A DNA stretch of 64,000 nt. Origin: the human T2T-CHM13v2.0 reference genome, Homo sapiens. The notes below the pieces were generated by a model. It saw only the letters and a list, made by a program, of their open reading frames with translations. It had not been told where the DNA came from and did not search any database. The position numbers and the translations under genes are program-made. The DNA is taken from the NCBI RefSeq assembly GCF_009914755.1, contig NC_060938.1; one strand, given 5' to 3'. Position 1 is the first letter of the stretch. Each line of letters begins with the position of its first letter. Of the stretch, positions 12,947 to 22,956 are shown piece after piece.

Positions 12947-13546
12947 TTAACCAGCTAATCTAGTTTTCTTTCATCTCTTGCTGAAATTCTTCTCCAGCCA
13001 ATGCCGGACTTCTTGAAGGTTGTAGGAGAAGGGGCCCTTTCCTCCCAGATAAGCAATTTTCTGTCTCTGCACAATGCACACACGTTCAAAGGCTACCCCG
13101 TAAGCTATGTTGGCGTTATTGTCCATGCGGTCAGCCACAACTCGGCACTGGGGCGGCAAGGAGAAACGCTCCAGAAGCTGCTGGGCTGCTGCACATCGAT
13201 CTTCCTGGTTCTGGTGCTTCTTCACCTCAAAAGACAAAGAGGAGTCCCCCGGTATCGCCCAGCCATCTGATGGATGAGCCTCATCAATGTAGACCAGCAG
13301 GAAGTCAGCCACTGAGGAGAACTCTTCCACCAGTTTGCGGAAGGCTGGCAGCTGGCTCGTGAAAGGAGGTCAAGTGGCTGAGCCAAAGTTGACCACTAGT
13401 GGGCGCTCAGGGCTGGCAAAGTCAAGAAGGTGGCATGTGGCTCCCTCAGCTATCTTCTCCTGGGTACCATTGCCACTGTTGTCACCTCCTTCTGTACTGG
13501 AGACATGCACCACACTGGAATTGGGGGCATCCTCACCCAATTTCAC
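12947..13546 (-). CDS. DIO2: DIO2 coding exon 2 (codons 75-273, deiodinase catalytic domain) with two in-frame UGA/Sec codons
   Basis: Acceptor (T/C tract)ACCGTCAG|GTG at 13548-13547. Reads VKLGEDAPNSSVVHVSSTEGG...PLVVNFGSAT-U(13372-13370)-PPFTSQL...YIDEAHPSDGW...KNFSKR-U(12973-12971)-KKTRLAG-TAA(12949-12947). 222+600=822 nt = 273 aa plus stop. Confidence 0.98.
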
Positions 13547-14104
13547 CTGACGGTAAAAAAAAAAAAAAAGAAGAAGAAGAAGAAGGTGAGAATATCACAT
13601 TAAACACATTGCCACTTGAATTCACATTAAATAGTTACAATTGGCTCTAATAGAGTGTGGTATTTCCTTCAGAGCATTTGGTAAACATTTATTGATTTGA
13701 GTAAAGAGGCATGATGGCAGGTAATGTAAAGAATGGCCCAAAAGACAATAAAAGTCTTTTTCATTCTGTATAGTCACTGAAGATAATTATTTTCATCACT
13801 GAAGGCACTGGAGTTAACTCTTTTTAAAATTAAGCCAAGGCTGTTATTCTTTACTATCCTTATTTTGCTGTCAATTCTTAACATGCATTCTATAACAAAT
13901 GATTAATTGACTTCATTTTAAAAATTAGAAGCAAATGGTCTACTTTAAGACAAATTATCAGGGTCTTGGGACATGGTCCCTCTTTCTGAATTCTGAAACA
14001 CCAGGCAGGACCTTCATTTTCTTGCATGATACTAAGTCATTTAATCTCAACCAATGGCCAGTGATACCAGTGGGCTCTATTCTTGGCCAGATCTAGAAAA
14101 CCTG

Positions 14105-14245
14105 AGGTCTACCACTTATAAGAAGTGTTACTTCCACTTAACCTCTTTAGTGATTCAGCTTTCCCACCTGTAAAATGGAAATAATAATGCCTGTCTTCCA
14201 CATATGGCAACTGGAGGACAACATGAGAAAAAGAGCTCTTTGTGC
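14105..14245 (+). mobile_element. MIR fragment
   Basis: Core CACTTAACCTCT...CAGCTTTCCCACCTGTAAAATGGAAATAATAAT. Confidence 0.7.
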
Positions 14246-15859
14246 ACTGTAACTCTATGGGTGTGTGTTGTCCTTATCAGATGCTACCCCACCATGTGAA
14301 ACAGAACATCATCATTCTTGGGCAATTCTGTGTTTGTTTTTGTTTTTTTAAATGCCCTGAGCAAAGCTTTGCACTCTCCTCAATATGGCATCCTCCCTGG
14401 AGGCTTCTACTGCCACTGCTTACAAGGTGGTTCTTACCACTCCAATCTTACAATTTCCATTTAAAAAAAAAATAAAAACAGACAAAAAAACAAAAATGGT
14501 TACTCCAGAATTCTACTTTAAGTCAATTTCTCATTTTCCATGTGTGCTTGTTTCCTTCTTTTTATCTAGGAAGTCACATTAAAAAGTACTTTTCTACCCC
14601 ACAATTTGTTAACAAGCTCCTCTGAATTATAAAATATTGGGGCAGAAGAAGTAGAGATAAAAATTGTTTCATGTGCTCCCTTTGCACATGGTTTAAATAG
14701 TTGAGAACAGAATGAAGGAAAGTTTGCAGCCTTTGAATCTGTAAATTGATCATAAAAAGCAGGCAACAATAAAAGAGCCAATTACTTCAGTTTGAATTAA
14801 TACGATTGGATCTTCCTTAGAATGGTTTAATCAAAGCCAATAACATTAGGGACAATTTAGGGACAGTACAATTGATTTTTATATACTATCCTTAATATTA
14901 CAATATACTTCCAACTGGGTTGACTTATTTCCCTCATATACATACAGCCACACATAATGCTACTGTTAATTGAAGTCACTTCGAAGTGAATTGTTAAAGA
15001 TGTAACAATCCAAACTGATATAACCCACTCAAGGGCTTTTATTCAGAAGCTTCTATCTAATGTTAATGCATAACTCATTTTAACTGTAGAGAAAGAATTA
15101 AAGTTCTTTCTCTCCCTTCTGAAAAATCCTAGCAGGGAAGGTTTGAAATAAGCATTATTAGTGTTCTAAGAGAAATCTTACTGTAATAATCTTCCTTCTC
15201 AGAAAGGAAGCTGCTGGTGTGATTTAAGTAAGTACATTTGTTTTTTAGTCACCACCACAGAGAAAATTATTTTACTTATACTAACTTTCTTGATTAATTT
15301 GCAAATGACACTAGATGGAGAAATCTAATAAGCACATTTAGCTGGATTCTTTCATATGAACTACCCTAGTCTTTAAGGCATGAAAATATACATCAAATTT
15401 AAAGATATGTTGAAGGTATTATTAACCTTTTAAGCCGTGAGTTCTTTTTGTACTTCTTTTTTTTTTATAGATCTAGGTAGTGGGTAGCAGTCTCTTCTCT
15501 TTAGATCTTTCCCATTTGAAATAATAGTAATGATTCTAGAAGGGGTGTTTTAACAATATCATGTGTACTGTGTGCCTCAACGTACCGTGATAAGAAGACC
15601 TAAATGCATTCAGATTAGTCCGTTGTAGGGACTTCCTGTTAAGTAAGCAACCTGTACACTTGTAGGTTCTTGATAGGTAAAAACATTCATCTGCATTTTG
15701 GAATCATTTTTGAAACCCATGAACAATTATGTGGCCTTGACAAATGCGCCTCTAACCCCCTGATTCATCCGAGCAGACCTGTTGATCCTTTCATTATGTC
15801 TGATTATTCAACTGAATAATCTAATCTGTTGCTTTAGTCACAGGGGACTCTCTTATTAC

Positions 15860-15993
15860 CTGCAGTAAATTTTCTTGGAAAGTTAAGGCACCTTCTCCTT
15901 CTTAGAAACAATGTATAGTTCAGCTGCAGAATTCTTTCCAAAACACAGACTAATTTGCCTTGGGAAATTTAGAGTAAGTACAACACTGTCAGT
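15860..15993 (-). CDS. DIO2: DIO2 134-nt cassette exon (D2c-type, truncating)
   Basis: Acceptor TTTTTTTATTTTAG|ACT and donor CAG|GTAATA. Frame 0 reads TDSVVLTLNFPRQISLCFGKNSAAELYIVSKKEKVP-TAA(15885-15883). 108+134=242 nt, the size I recall for the second described insertion variant. Confidence 0.75.
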
Positions 15994-16488
15994 CTAAAAT
16001 AAAAAAATTAGGAAAGTTACCAAATTCGTAATGCTCTTTATGGGGGGGATTTAGCATTTTGTTAGGATTAGGGTTAGACTGGGAAGTATTTATTTTATTG
16101 AATGAATGCTAGTTGTTATAATTCTAGGTCAGTGAAGAATTTTACACTTAATGATAACCCTGACCTGCAATGAACATAATCATATTTGGGTGACGGATAA
16201 GCTCACTGAGGCAGATAAATTTAGAAATATGAATCCTGGGGCCCTCTCATAGAGTACTACCAAAATCAGCACTCAATGTTATTGATCTGTCCTTGACAGT
16301 CTCATCTGGTCAGTGCACAAAACAAATGTGGCCTATTATTTTTATTTTGTTGAGGAGCCAGGGTCCCTTACTGAATGTTATAATGTCATAAATGGATATG
16401 CTTATTCATGAAGGTGCCTAGGCAAGAGAAAATGCATAGATAAAATTAATATTATTAATAAAACTAAGAAGGAAAAACACACACCCAC

Positions 16489-16596
16489 CATCCATAAATC
16501 CAAATGTGAGTAGACCAGTAGTCTGCTTTTATAAGCTTCATATACTAGTCATAAAATGTGTCCATCTTTGCTAAAACCTGATGGAGGACAATTTAG
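16489..16596 (-). CDS. DIO2: DIO2 108-nt cassette exon (D2b-type isoform) with in-frame UGA
   Basis: Acceptor TTTCTTTATTTTAG|CTA and donor ATG|GTGGGT. Reads in frame LNCPPSGFSKDGHIL-U(16551-16549)-LVYEAYKSRLLVYSHLDLWM (36 codons); matches my recollection of the described 108-nt insertion variant. Confidence 0.85.
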
Positions 16597-19500
16597 CTAA
16601 AATAAAGAAAAAAAACTTTTTTTAGATATGGAAGTTTCCTTTAACCTAAAAGAAAATATTCTAAAAGGATATTACTGTTCATTCTCATCTCCCCATTTGG
16701 TCACCATAAAAATTAAATTCCTAATAGACCAGAGTTTCAAATGGAGAACTTCTTGGTTTGCTGGGTTATGCACCCTGCTGAGACAGGCTGGGAGAATCAC
16801 CATTGTCTTCGATGATGGAAGATTCTTTGCTCTCCCCACGAGCAAAGCATTCCTTGACACAGAGCCAAAATGATGAAGAAAATAAAGTTGGTCCCATAAT
16901 AACATTTAGGCTGCAGGAAAGAAGCTCAACAAAAACAAGTTATCCCCTGGTACTCCCAAACTTTGTTTTAATTTCCCACAGTGGCACAGAAAGTCTGGCC
17001 ACAAGTTACCTATCATCTTAATTTCTCCTTCTTAGAGGGTTTGTGTTTGGTTTTTGTCCTTAATGAGACATATTTGCCAAAGAGGCATTCAAAAGGCATT
17101 TTTTACTCTTGCGGAAGAGTAATTAGGTCGGTACCTCTTTCCCTGCCAGCATTAGCCGCTCTAAAGAGAACCCTGCCCAGTATTTAATGCCCAAACACAA
17201 GAAGCATCATTTCCACTAATTGGTCTTGAAGTTCCGATGTTCCCAAAGGGTCCCTTTATTTTGCAAGGATCAGAAAGGACATACGTAAAATGTGATATTG
17301 TCATCGCTGACTTTTATCTCTCTCATCTGCACTATTACAGTGGTCCTCTCTTATGTTTTTGCAAGCAACATCAACACAACACCAACAAAGGAGGTAAATA
17401 AAGGATTTGCATTTTTACAACAGAAGACATCTCCGGGCCAAGTTCAAATGTTGGAATGGAAATCTTTATAAATATGAACATGAACATAAACATATAGCAT
17501 ATATAAAAATTTGATTCCCTTGATGATGTTCAGTGTTCAGTGCATGGGGAAAAAGGAAATGCTGCTTTAGCATGTGGACTGTGAAATGCAGGGCAAGGGG
17601 GAGAAAAGAACCATTCATCAAGTAGAAGCAGAAAATACAGCATATACTACTAACCTTGTTTCTTGTTTTGGGATTTTATTTCTTTTTCTTTTCCACAGCC
17701 TGAGAAAGCCTTGTGGACAATATATCACATAATCTCATAACAGAAACTAAAGCAAATTATAAAAATGAAGGGTGGGTGTGTGGTAGCAGAATTTTCACAC
17801 ATACTACTTGCTATCCAAAGCCCTGAAAATGGCTTTATTAACTATCAGGAAGTTTCAAATTCTTTGACATAATGACCAGGCTACATCAATGTCCTTAGAA
17901 ACATGGCCAAACTATCATTAAGAAGAGATTTAACCATTTATATTCAGATTGGCCAAATAAATCAGAGTTGAAGAATAGGCTACGTACTCCTTCCTCTGAG
18001 CTCAATTCCCTTTTAGCTATTCTCTTTTTAATTTGTACCTTGAAAATGTAGCTCTAAGCTCTATCATTCCCCAATGTTTTATCCAAGTGATGGACAAGCT
18101 CTGGCTGTGGCCTGCTTTGTGTTCTTTTGGGACTGTTTCTCTCTTAAAAGGGCCATTTTCCATTGTGGAAACTAGTGTCAAAGGCTTGAGGTGAATGAAG
18201 AGGAGGAGGAGAATGTTAAAGAGACCCTTTCAAAACCAAAATTATATGTTCAAATGAATATGTTTTCTGTACCTCTGCAATATTAACCGTGCAGAAGCTA
18301 AACTGCCTGTCAGCATCTATACTGTGTGTTTACTTTTACACTTCATTTAGGTAAGAGCCAGGCTCCCAGACAGAGCAATTTGCTTATTGGTTGCATGTTT
18401 TTAGTCTCTGAGCGCCAGCACAAGGATATACTGTTCAGATGCAATGACGCTGACTAAAGAAACTTAAATAACAAACACCTTTTATTCACCTCAGGGTCTC
18501 TCACCAGTGTCTATAGACTTTCCTTTCAATCAAAATTGTACACAGAATCCATCTCTTACTAAACTCACATTATCTTTAAAGGCTTCTCCATAAAGTTAAT
18601 TCAAATCCCTTTCAACCTTTTAAGAAAGGGTTTATTTAAAAAAAAAAGAAAAGAAAATATTTTGTTCTTTCTTTATTTCTGTGTTGCCCCTTGTGGAGGC
18701 AAAACACAGGGATAATACTTTTACTCCACTTTCTCTACATATCTTTCCAGGCATCTGACATGCAGCAACAAGGAGAATTAATAACAGTAAATCACATGTG
18801 TAGTTGTATCACATGAGCACACACCCCTCTCATCCTGGAAAACTTCACTTCTGGGGATGGGTAGCCTCAAAATAATGCAAGTCAGGGTTATGAAATAGTG
18901 TGATGCCATCTCAAACAGAACCTCTTACAACGTCTCTGGAAATGACTACACCCAAAGACAGTGGCACAAATGACAAGAGCATTCAGAGAAGTGATTCAAC
19001 CTGGTTGAGAGATTCTGAGTGACCCTCAAATGCCACCACAGAAACCACCACCCTTGCCATACTTGAAGACAGAAAAGAGACCATCATTCAGTTGCAGCTG
19101 TGTTCATAATGTTTCCATTTATCACACACCCAGTCCAGTCTTGTTTCTGGATATGTGGGTCCTGGGGTTGCTTCTGCACATGGTAGCTATTACATAAATC
19201 ATCAAAAGCAAACATAATAACATCAGTCGTGAACTTGGTCACTAATCAAATCAGTAGGCAGGGACAAAGAAATACAGAATAGGAATATACAAACCATATG
19301 CAAAAAGAAAAAACAAATCACTCATCCTTCCCAATTTCCTAGAATAGGAATAACAACATATTGCAACATAATGGAACACTATACATTGGTGAAAAAAACA
19401 ATAAACTTTATTGAAGACGTATTTGTTTGCTTTTCCATTTTATGTTCAATAAGCTGCTTAATGGGAGAAACAACCTCACTTAATATTTGTGGGTAACATT

Positions 19501-21508
19501 ACAGCCCCCATTGTTTATATGAGAGATGACTGTTTTTCATGTTTTTCTTAATGAAACATGACATTTATATAAGAAATATATGTATATAAGTAAAATTCTT
19601 CCAATAAGTTTTTTTTTTTTTACTTTATAGGCAAAAGGCAATTGTCCTTCCAAAAAGTAAGAGTTTAATATACTGAGATCAAATCACTGATATTTCCATG
19701 GTATCTGCTAACACGTATAAAATATGATGTTGAAGAGGGAACTTCCTAATTAATAATATGTCTGATATACTTGTGTACTCCTCCACCTGCCTCCAAATTG
19801 CCTTCCACTAAAACAAACCATTAAAAACTTCCCATTCAATGTATACTTTTGTGGAAATGAAATAATCAATTCAATATCTACTTTTCTAGATCTCCCGTCC
19901 TCACTGACATGCACAATATAAATGAGTTTTTACTGTTAGAACTTTGAGCACCAATTCATATTCTCATAAAAGAATTTCCATCTACTAATAAGAGCTCTTA
20001 CTATTCACATTTTTAACAACAATAAACACAAACCCTCTTTGGGTTACTATCAATAATAAAGACGTGCATTGTGGTAAAATTTCCCTAGTTCACAACAGAT
20101 ATTTTCTTCTTGAACATCTGATTTTCAGAAGAACAATCCTGTCCTGAATTCTTTGTAATTTTACAAGTTACTTCTTCTCTTTTCTTGGCGCATGGTTTTA
20201 GTTTTCTAGTGTTTATTTATGGAGGATGCATTCCCTTGCGTCTCTATTATTTCGAGTTCCCCGTCTCTGGTTCTAAGGTGCTGCCTGCCTAAAACACACC
20301 ACTTCACTGAACACCTGGCTTCTATATTCCTCTAAAATACAGATGTACAGTTGCTTTTTCTGGCATCTTGGGCAAGGTCCCACAACACTTTTAGGGAAAC
20401 CAAGATTGTCTATTTTGATAACTACTTTTGCCAAAATAGTTCATTCTTCTCAAGCCTGGTTGAGGGGGTGGAGGGGACCTTTAGAAGTCATATGGGCATA
20501 GCAGGTGGGGGAAAACTGACAAAAGACCAGGGCGAAAATCATCCTCTGTGCCCCTGAAGATCTTAGTTGAAAATGCTCTACTAACATCTCTCACCAGCAA
20601 AAAGCCTGGAACACAGTATTTTTCACTTAGAAACTAAGATCACTACCTCTGATTTTGAGAGAGCAGCCCCTGGGCACTACCTGAGCAGGTAAGGGAGACC
20701 ACTGCTCTAATGCTCATAACAGCTCTGAGATTTAATGAATCACAGACCCATCATCTCTTTCTAGGGCAACGTATTTTATTTTTGAGAAACAAAGTAAAGG
20801 AGGCTTCCCTTACAAATGCTGGATTTCTGACAGCTAGTTTTCAGACTTTTCTTTCGCAAGTTGATATCTAGTAACTCAGGATCACTGCCTGAAAATCGCT
20901 TCCAAAGGGTTCAAATTTGAATCAATGTAGAGGAGGTGGCACACAGCTGCTTGCTTTCATTAACTCTTACCTCTACCAGAAACCAAGCAGCTATGATGCC
21001 CAATCACAATTTCTATGACCACTTTCTTATCTTGTCAACTCTCTGAGAGTTCTGAGTAGCATTTCTCATTTCTTGCTTTTCAGTACCCACCCCTCGAACA
21101 TACTTCCTCAGTGTACCTCAGCCTCCCATCAAGCAAAAAATCAAAATTCCAGTTTATGGCAAGAGCAGAATAAATGCAGCAGTCTCCTCTTCTCCATCAT
21201 TTTCTGACTTTTCCCAAGTTATCGTACCAGCACAATGCCTTCTACTCCCAAATCACAGCAAGATATTAATAACCCTTAGTAGAAAGATTCCTTATTAGGT
21301 CACACAGAGTCATTATGGCTTAATAGCTGTCACCCTCCCAAGCTAACCTGTGCAACAGGTGTGGAAAGTAAACTTAGAGGCTCACTTGGCAACCCCACAA
21401 ATAGGGCTTCACAGCTCTCCCCCCAATGCTCCCAATGGCCTCTGGTCCCCAGCATATGAGCCCCTGCCCCTGTAGACCTAGGGAGAAGCCCTTCTCAGCT
21501 CAGCTCAC

Positions 21509-21730
21509 CTGTTTGTAGGCATCGAGGAGGAAGCTCTTCCAGACGCAGCGCAGTCCCTCTGAGGTCAGCATGCGCCGCCACTCTCCGCGAGTGGACTTGG
21601 AGCGGCTCAACAGCAGCACCACGTGCTTGAGCAGAATGACCGAGTCATAGAGAGCCAGGAAGAGGCAGTTGGAGAAAAAAACTGGCAGAATTTGCAGTGT
21701 GATCAGCAAGTCTACGCTGAGGATGCCCAT
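21509..21730 (-). CDS. DIO2: DIO2 coding exon 1 (codons 1-74, N-terminal membrane anchor)
   Basis: Translates MGILSVDLLITLQILPVFFSNCLFLALYDSVILLKHVVLLL...LLDAYKQ, the human D2 N-terminus. Start context GAGAAGATGG; ends at donor CAG|GTGAGC (GT at 21508-21507); 222 nt, phase 0. Confidence 0.98.
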
Positions 21731-21823
21731 CTTCTCTGCCTCCTGAGTCAGTTCCCTTGTGCGCTCTGGTTCCCCTTCACCCTCTTATTTAAAAGGGGGG
21801 TGGTGATAAAGGGGGTGGGGGAG
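21670..21823 (+). ncRNA. DIO2-AS1: Putative first exon of antisense lncRNA DIO2-AS1 (5' end approximate)
   Basis: Strong + strand donor GAG|GTAAGG at 21824. An antisense lncRNA overlapping DIO2 exon 1 is known from annotation; the start cannot be read from sequence. Confidence 0.4.
21785..21794 (-). promoter_or_regulatory. DIO2: Proximal TATA-like element (short-leader TSS ~25-30 nt before ATG)
   Basis: TTTTAAATAA on minus ~55-65 nt upstream of the ATG; a GATA site at 21804-21809 and AP-1 TGACTCA at 21744-21750 are nearby. Confidence 0.55.
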
Positions 21824-21923
21824 GTAAGGGGGAAGGTTGGGGGTTGGGGGAGAAGGGGAAAAAAAACTAAATTAAAAGGAAGCCCAAGTTGTCTCCTCTT
21901 TCAAAGAAGCAGAAATGGCAAGA

Positions 21924-21973
21924 CTAAGTCCAGTCTCTCCAGCCCAGCAGTTGGAGTGTGCCCATCAATTCAT
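21924..21973 (-). promoter_or_regulatory. Two overlapping uORFs inside the optional leader intron (MN*; MGTLQLLGWRDWT*)
   Basis: ATG AAT TGA (21973-21965) overlaps the next ATG (21965-21963) as TGATG; the second ORF ends in TAG at 21926-21924. Confidence 0.7.
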
Positions 21974-22028
21974 TCAATTCGGAGCTGCTGCCTTTTTTTT
22001 TTTTTTTTTTTTTTTTTCAGGATTTAAG

Positions 22029-22064
<36 letters not shown>

Positions 22065-22095
22065 GGCGTACTCGTCCCTAATCCAGTTACCTCTG

Positions 22096-22131
22096 TCAGA
22101 GTCCGTTAAAGACAGGCAGTTCTACTTTCAT
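22096..22131 (-). promoter_or_regulatory. uORF-B (MKVELPVFNGL*, UGA stop)
   Basis: ATG 22131-22129 to TGA 22098-22096, 5 nt before the leader-intron donor. Confidence 0.75.
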
Positions 22132-22175
22132 TTCCAAGCACCTATGAGACTGTGGCAGAGATTTTAAAATTTTCT

Positions 22176-22187
22176 TTAGTCTTTCAT
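22176..22187 (-). promoter_or_regulatory. uORF-A (ATG AAA GAC TAA, MKD*)
   Basis: 5'-most uAUG of the leader, context ACAATGA. Codon 3 is GAC, and its middle base 22180 is 258 nt from the inferred TSS. Confidence 0.85.
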
Positions 22188-22459
22188 TGTCTCTATGCTC
22201 TTTAAACGTAGCCTGTTTCTTTCTTGAATTGCCAGAGTTTTTTTTTTTTTTAAATGTGCTTTAAGGGTAGTTTTTTTTTTTTCTTTCTTTACTCCGTTTT
22301 ACACACACTTTCTGTGCTTCTCTTTCTCCCAGTCTCACTCTCTCCCTTCCCCAGGAGCGACTGACTCCTCTTTTTTCTCACTCTCTGTCTTTCCCTTCTT
22401 GCTATCTGTCTGTGGTGCAAAGTGCCTCTCTCTGCAGCCCAGTGAGTCTCCCTGACGCC

Positions 22460-22466
22460 TTTTATA
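22460..22466 (-). promoter_or_regulatory. DIO2: Distal TATA box of DIO2 (TSS expected ~22438)
   Basis: TATAAAA on minus, ~730 nt upstream of the ATG; consistent with the known ~700-nt 5'UTR. Confidence 0.85.
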
Positions 22467-22523
22467 CATTCCCTGGCTAATTGCTGCAATAGAGAAGTGA
22501 AAGCCTAATCTTGGTAAAGATCT

Positions 22524-22531
22524 TGACGTCA
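22524..22531. promoter_or_regulatory. Canonical cAMP response element
   Basis: Perfect TGACGTCA ~90 nt upstream of the inferred TSS; DIO2 is an established cAMP/CREB target. A half-CRE TGACG also lies at 22453-22457. Confidence 0.92.
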
Positions 22532-22667
22532 TTGAGAAAGAGGGCTTTACTTTGGCCAGGATTGCAGTGAATAGAAAAGCAAAACTCGACAACTTTTTTT
22601 TTTTAGAAGGGGTTGGGGAGAGACAGTGGAATTTTGCTTTGTGATTTAAAGAGAGAAAAAAACTAAT

Positions 22668-22676
22668 ACCCTTGAC
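22668..22676 (-). promoter_or_regulatory. Candidate NKX2-1/TTF-1 site (~-236)
   Basis: TCAAGGG core on minus, at the offset I recall for a thyroid TTF-1 site; a second TCAAG lies near 23061-23065 (~-625). The motif is short, so support is mostly positional. Confidence 0.45.
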
Positions 22677-22956
22677 AGCCTTCAGGAAATGCTTCCAAAC
22701 TTTGGGAAAAGTAATTTAATATAATGTGCAGATTGATATGGCCAACACTCTCTCTTCTGATTATCATTATCATTAATTTATGAGGGGTTTTGGAAAGAAA
22801 GGATCCTGGAAGGCAGGTAGAAAAAAGGAAGAGTTATCACAGGCGGTCTTTGCTCTGTTTCTTGGAAAATATGAACATTTATATACAATCTTTATACCTT
22901 TATACCATGACTCCAACCCTTTGTAAGATCTGTGACCTAGGTCCTTTAAATTTTTT

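Larger units (their letters stand above)
21784..22090 (-). other. DIO2: Optional ~307-nt intron in the DIO2 5'UTR
   Basis: Donor GAG|GTAACT (GT 22090-22089), a long C/T tract and acceptor AAG| (AG 21785-21784). The size matches the known ~300-nt alternatively spliced leader intron. Confidence 0.7.

Noticed and set aside
12971-13330. 119-aa ORF MEEFSSVADF... as a standalone gene
   Set aside because: It is the DIO2 segment between the two Sec UGAs; the apparent start is an internal Val codon.
13325-13355. Possible Sec redefinition stem-loop 3' of UGA133 (CUGCCAG/CUGGUGG)
   Set aside because: Only 7 bp with two G:U pairs and an 11-nt loop, starting ~18 nt from the UGA; not distinguishable from chance without covariation data.
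21509-21586. Alternative donor for a 77-nt-deletion D2 variant I recall from the literature
   Set aside because: The position 77 nt upstream reads GAGAGT rather than GT, so the sequence alone does not support it.
21500-21730. 76-aa ORF as a complete protein
   Set aside because: It is exon 1 read into the intron; the splice donor follows codon 74.
21623-22027. 134-aa + strand ORF antisense to exon 1
   Set aside because: Non-ATG start and low-complexity translation of G-tracts and poly-T; no family resemblance.
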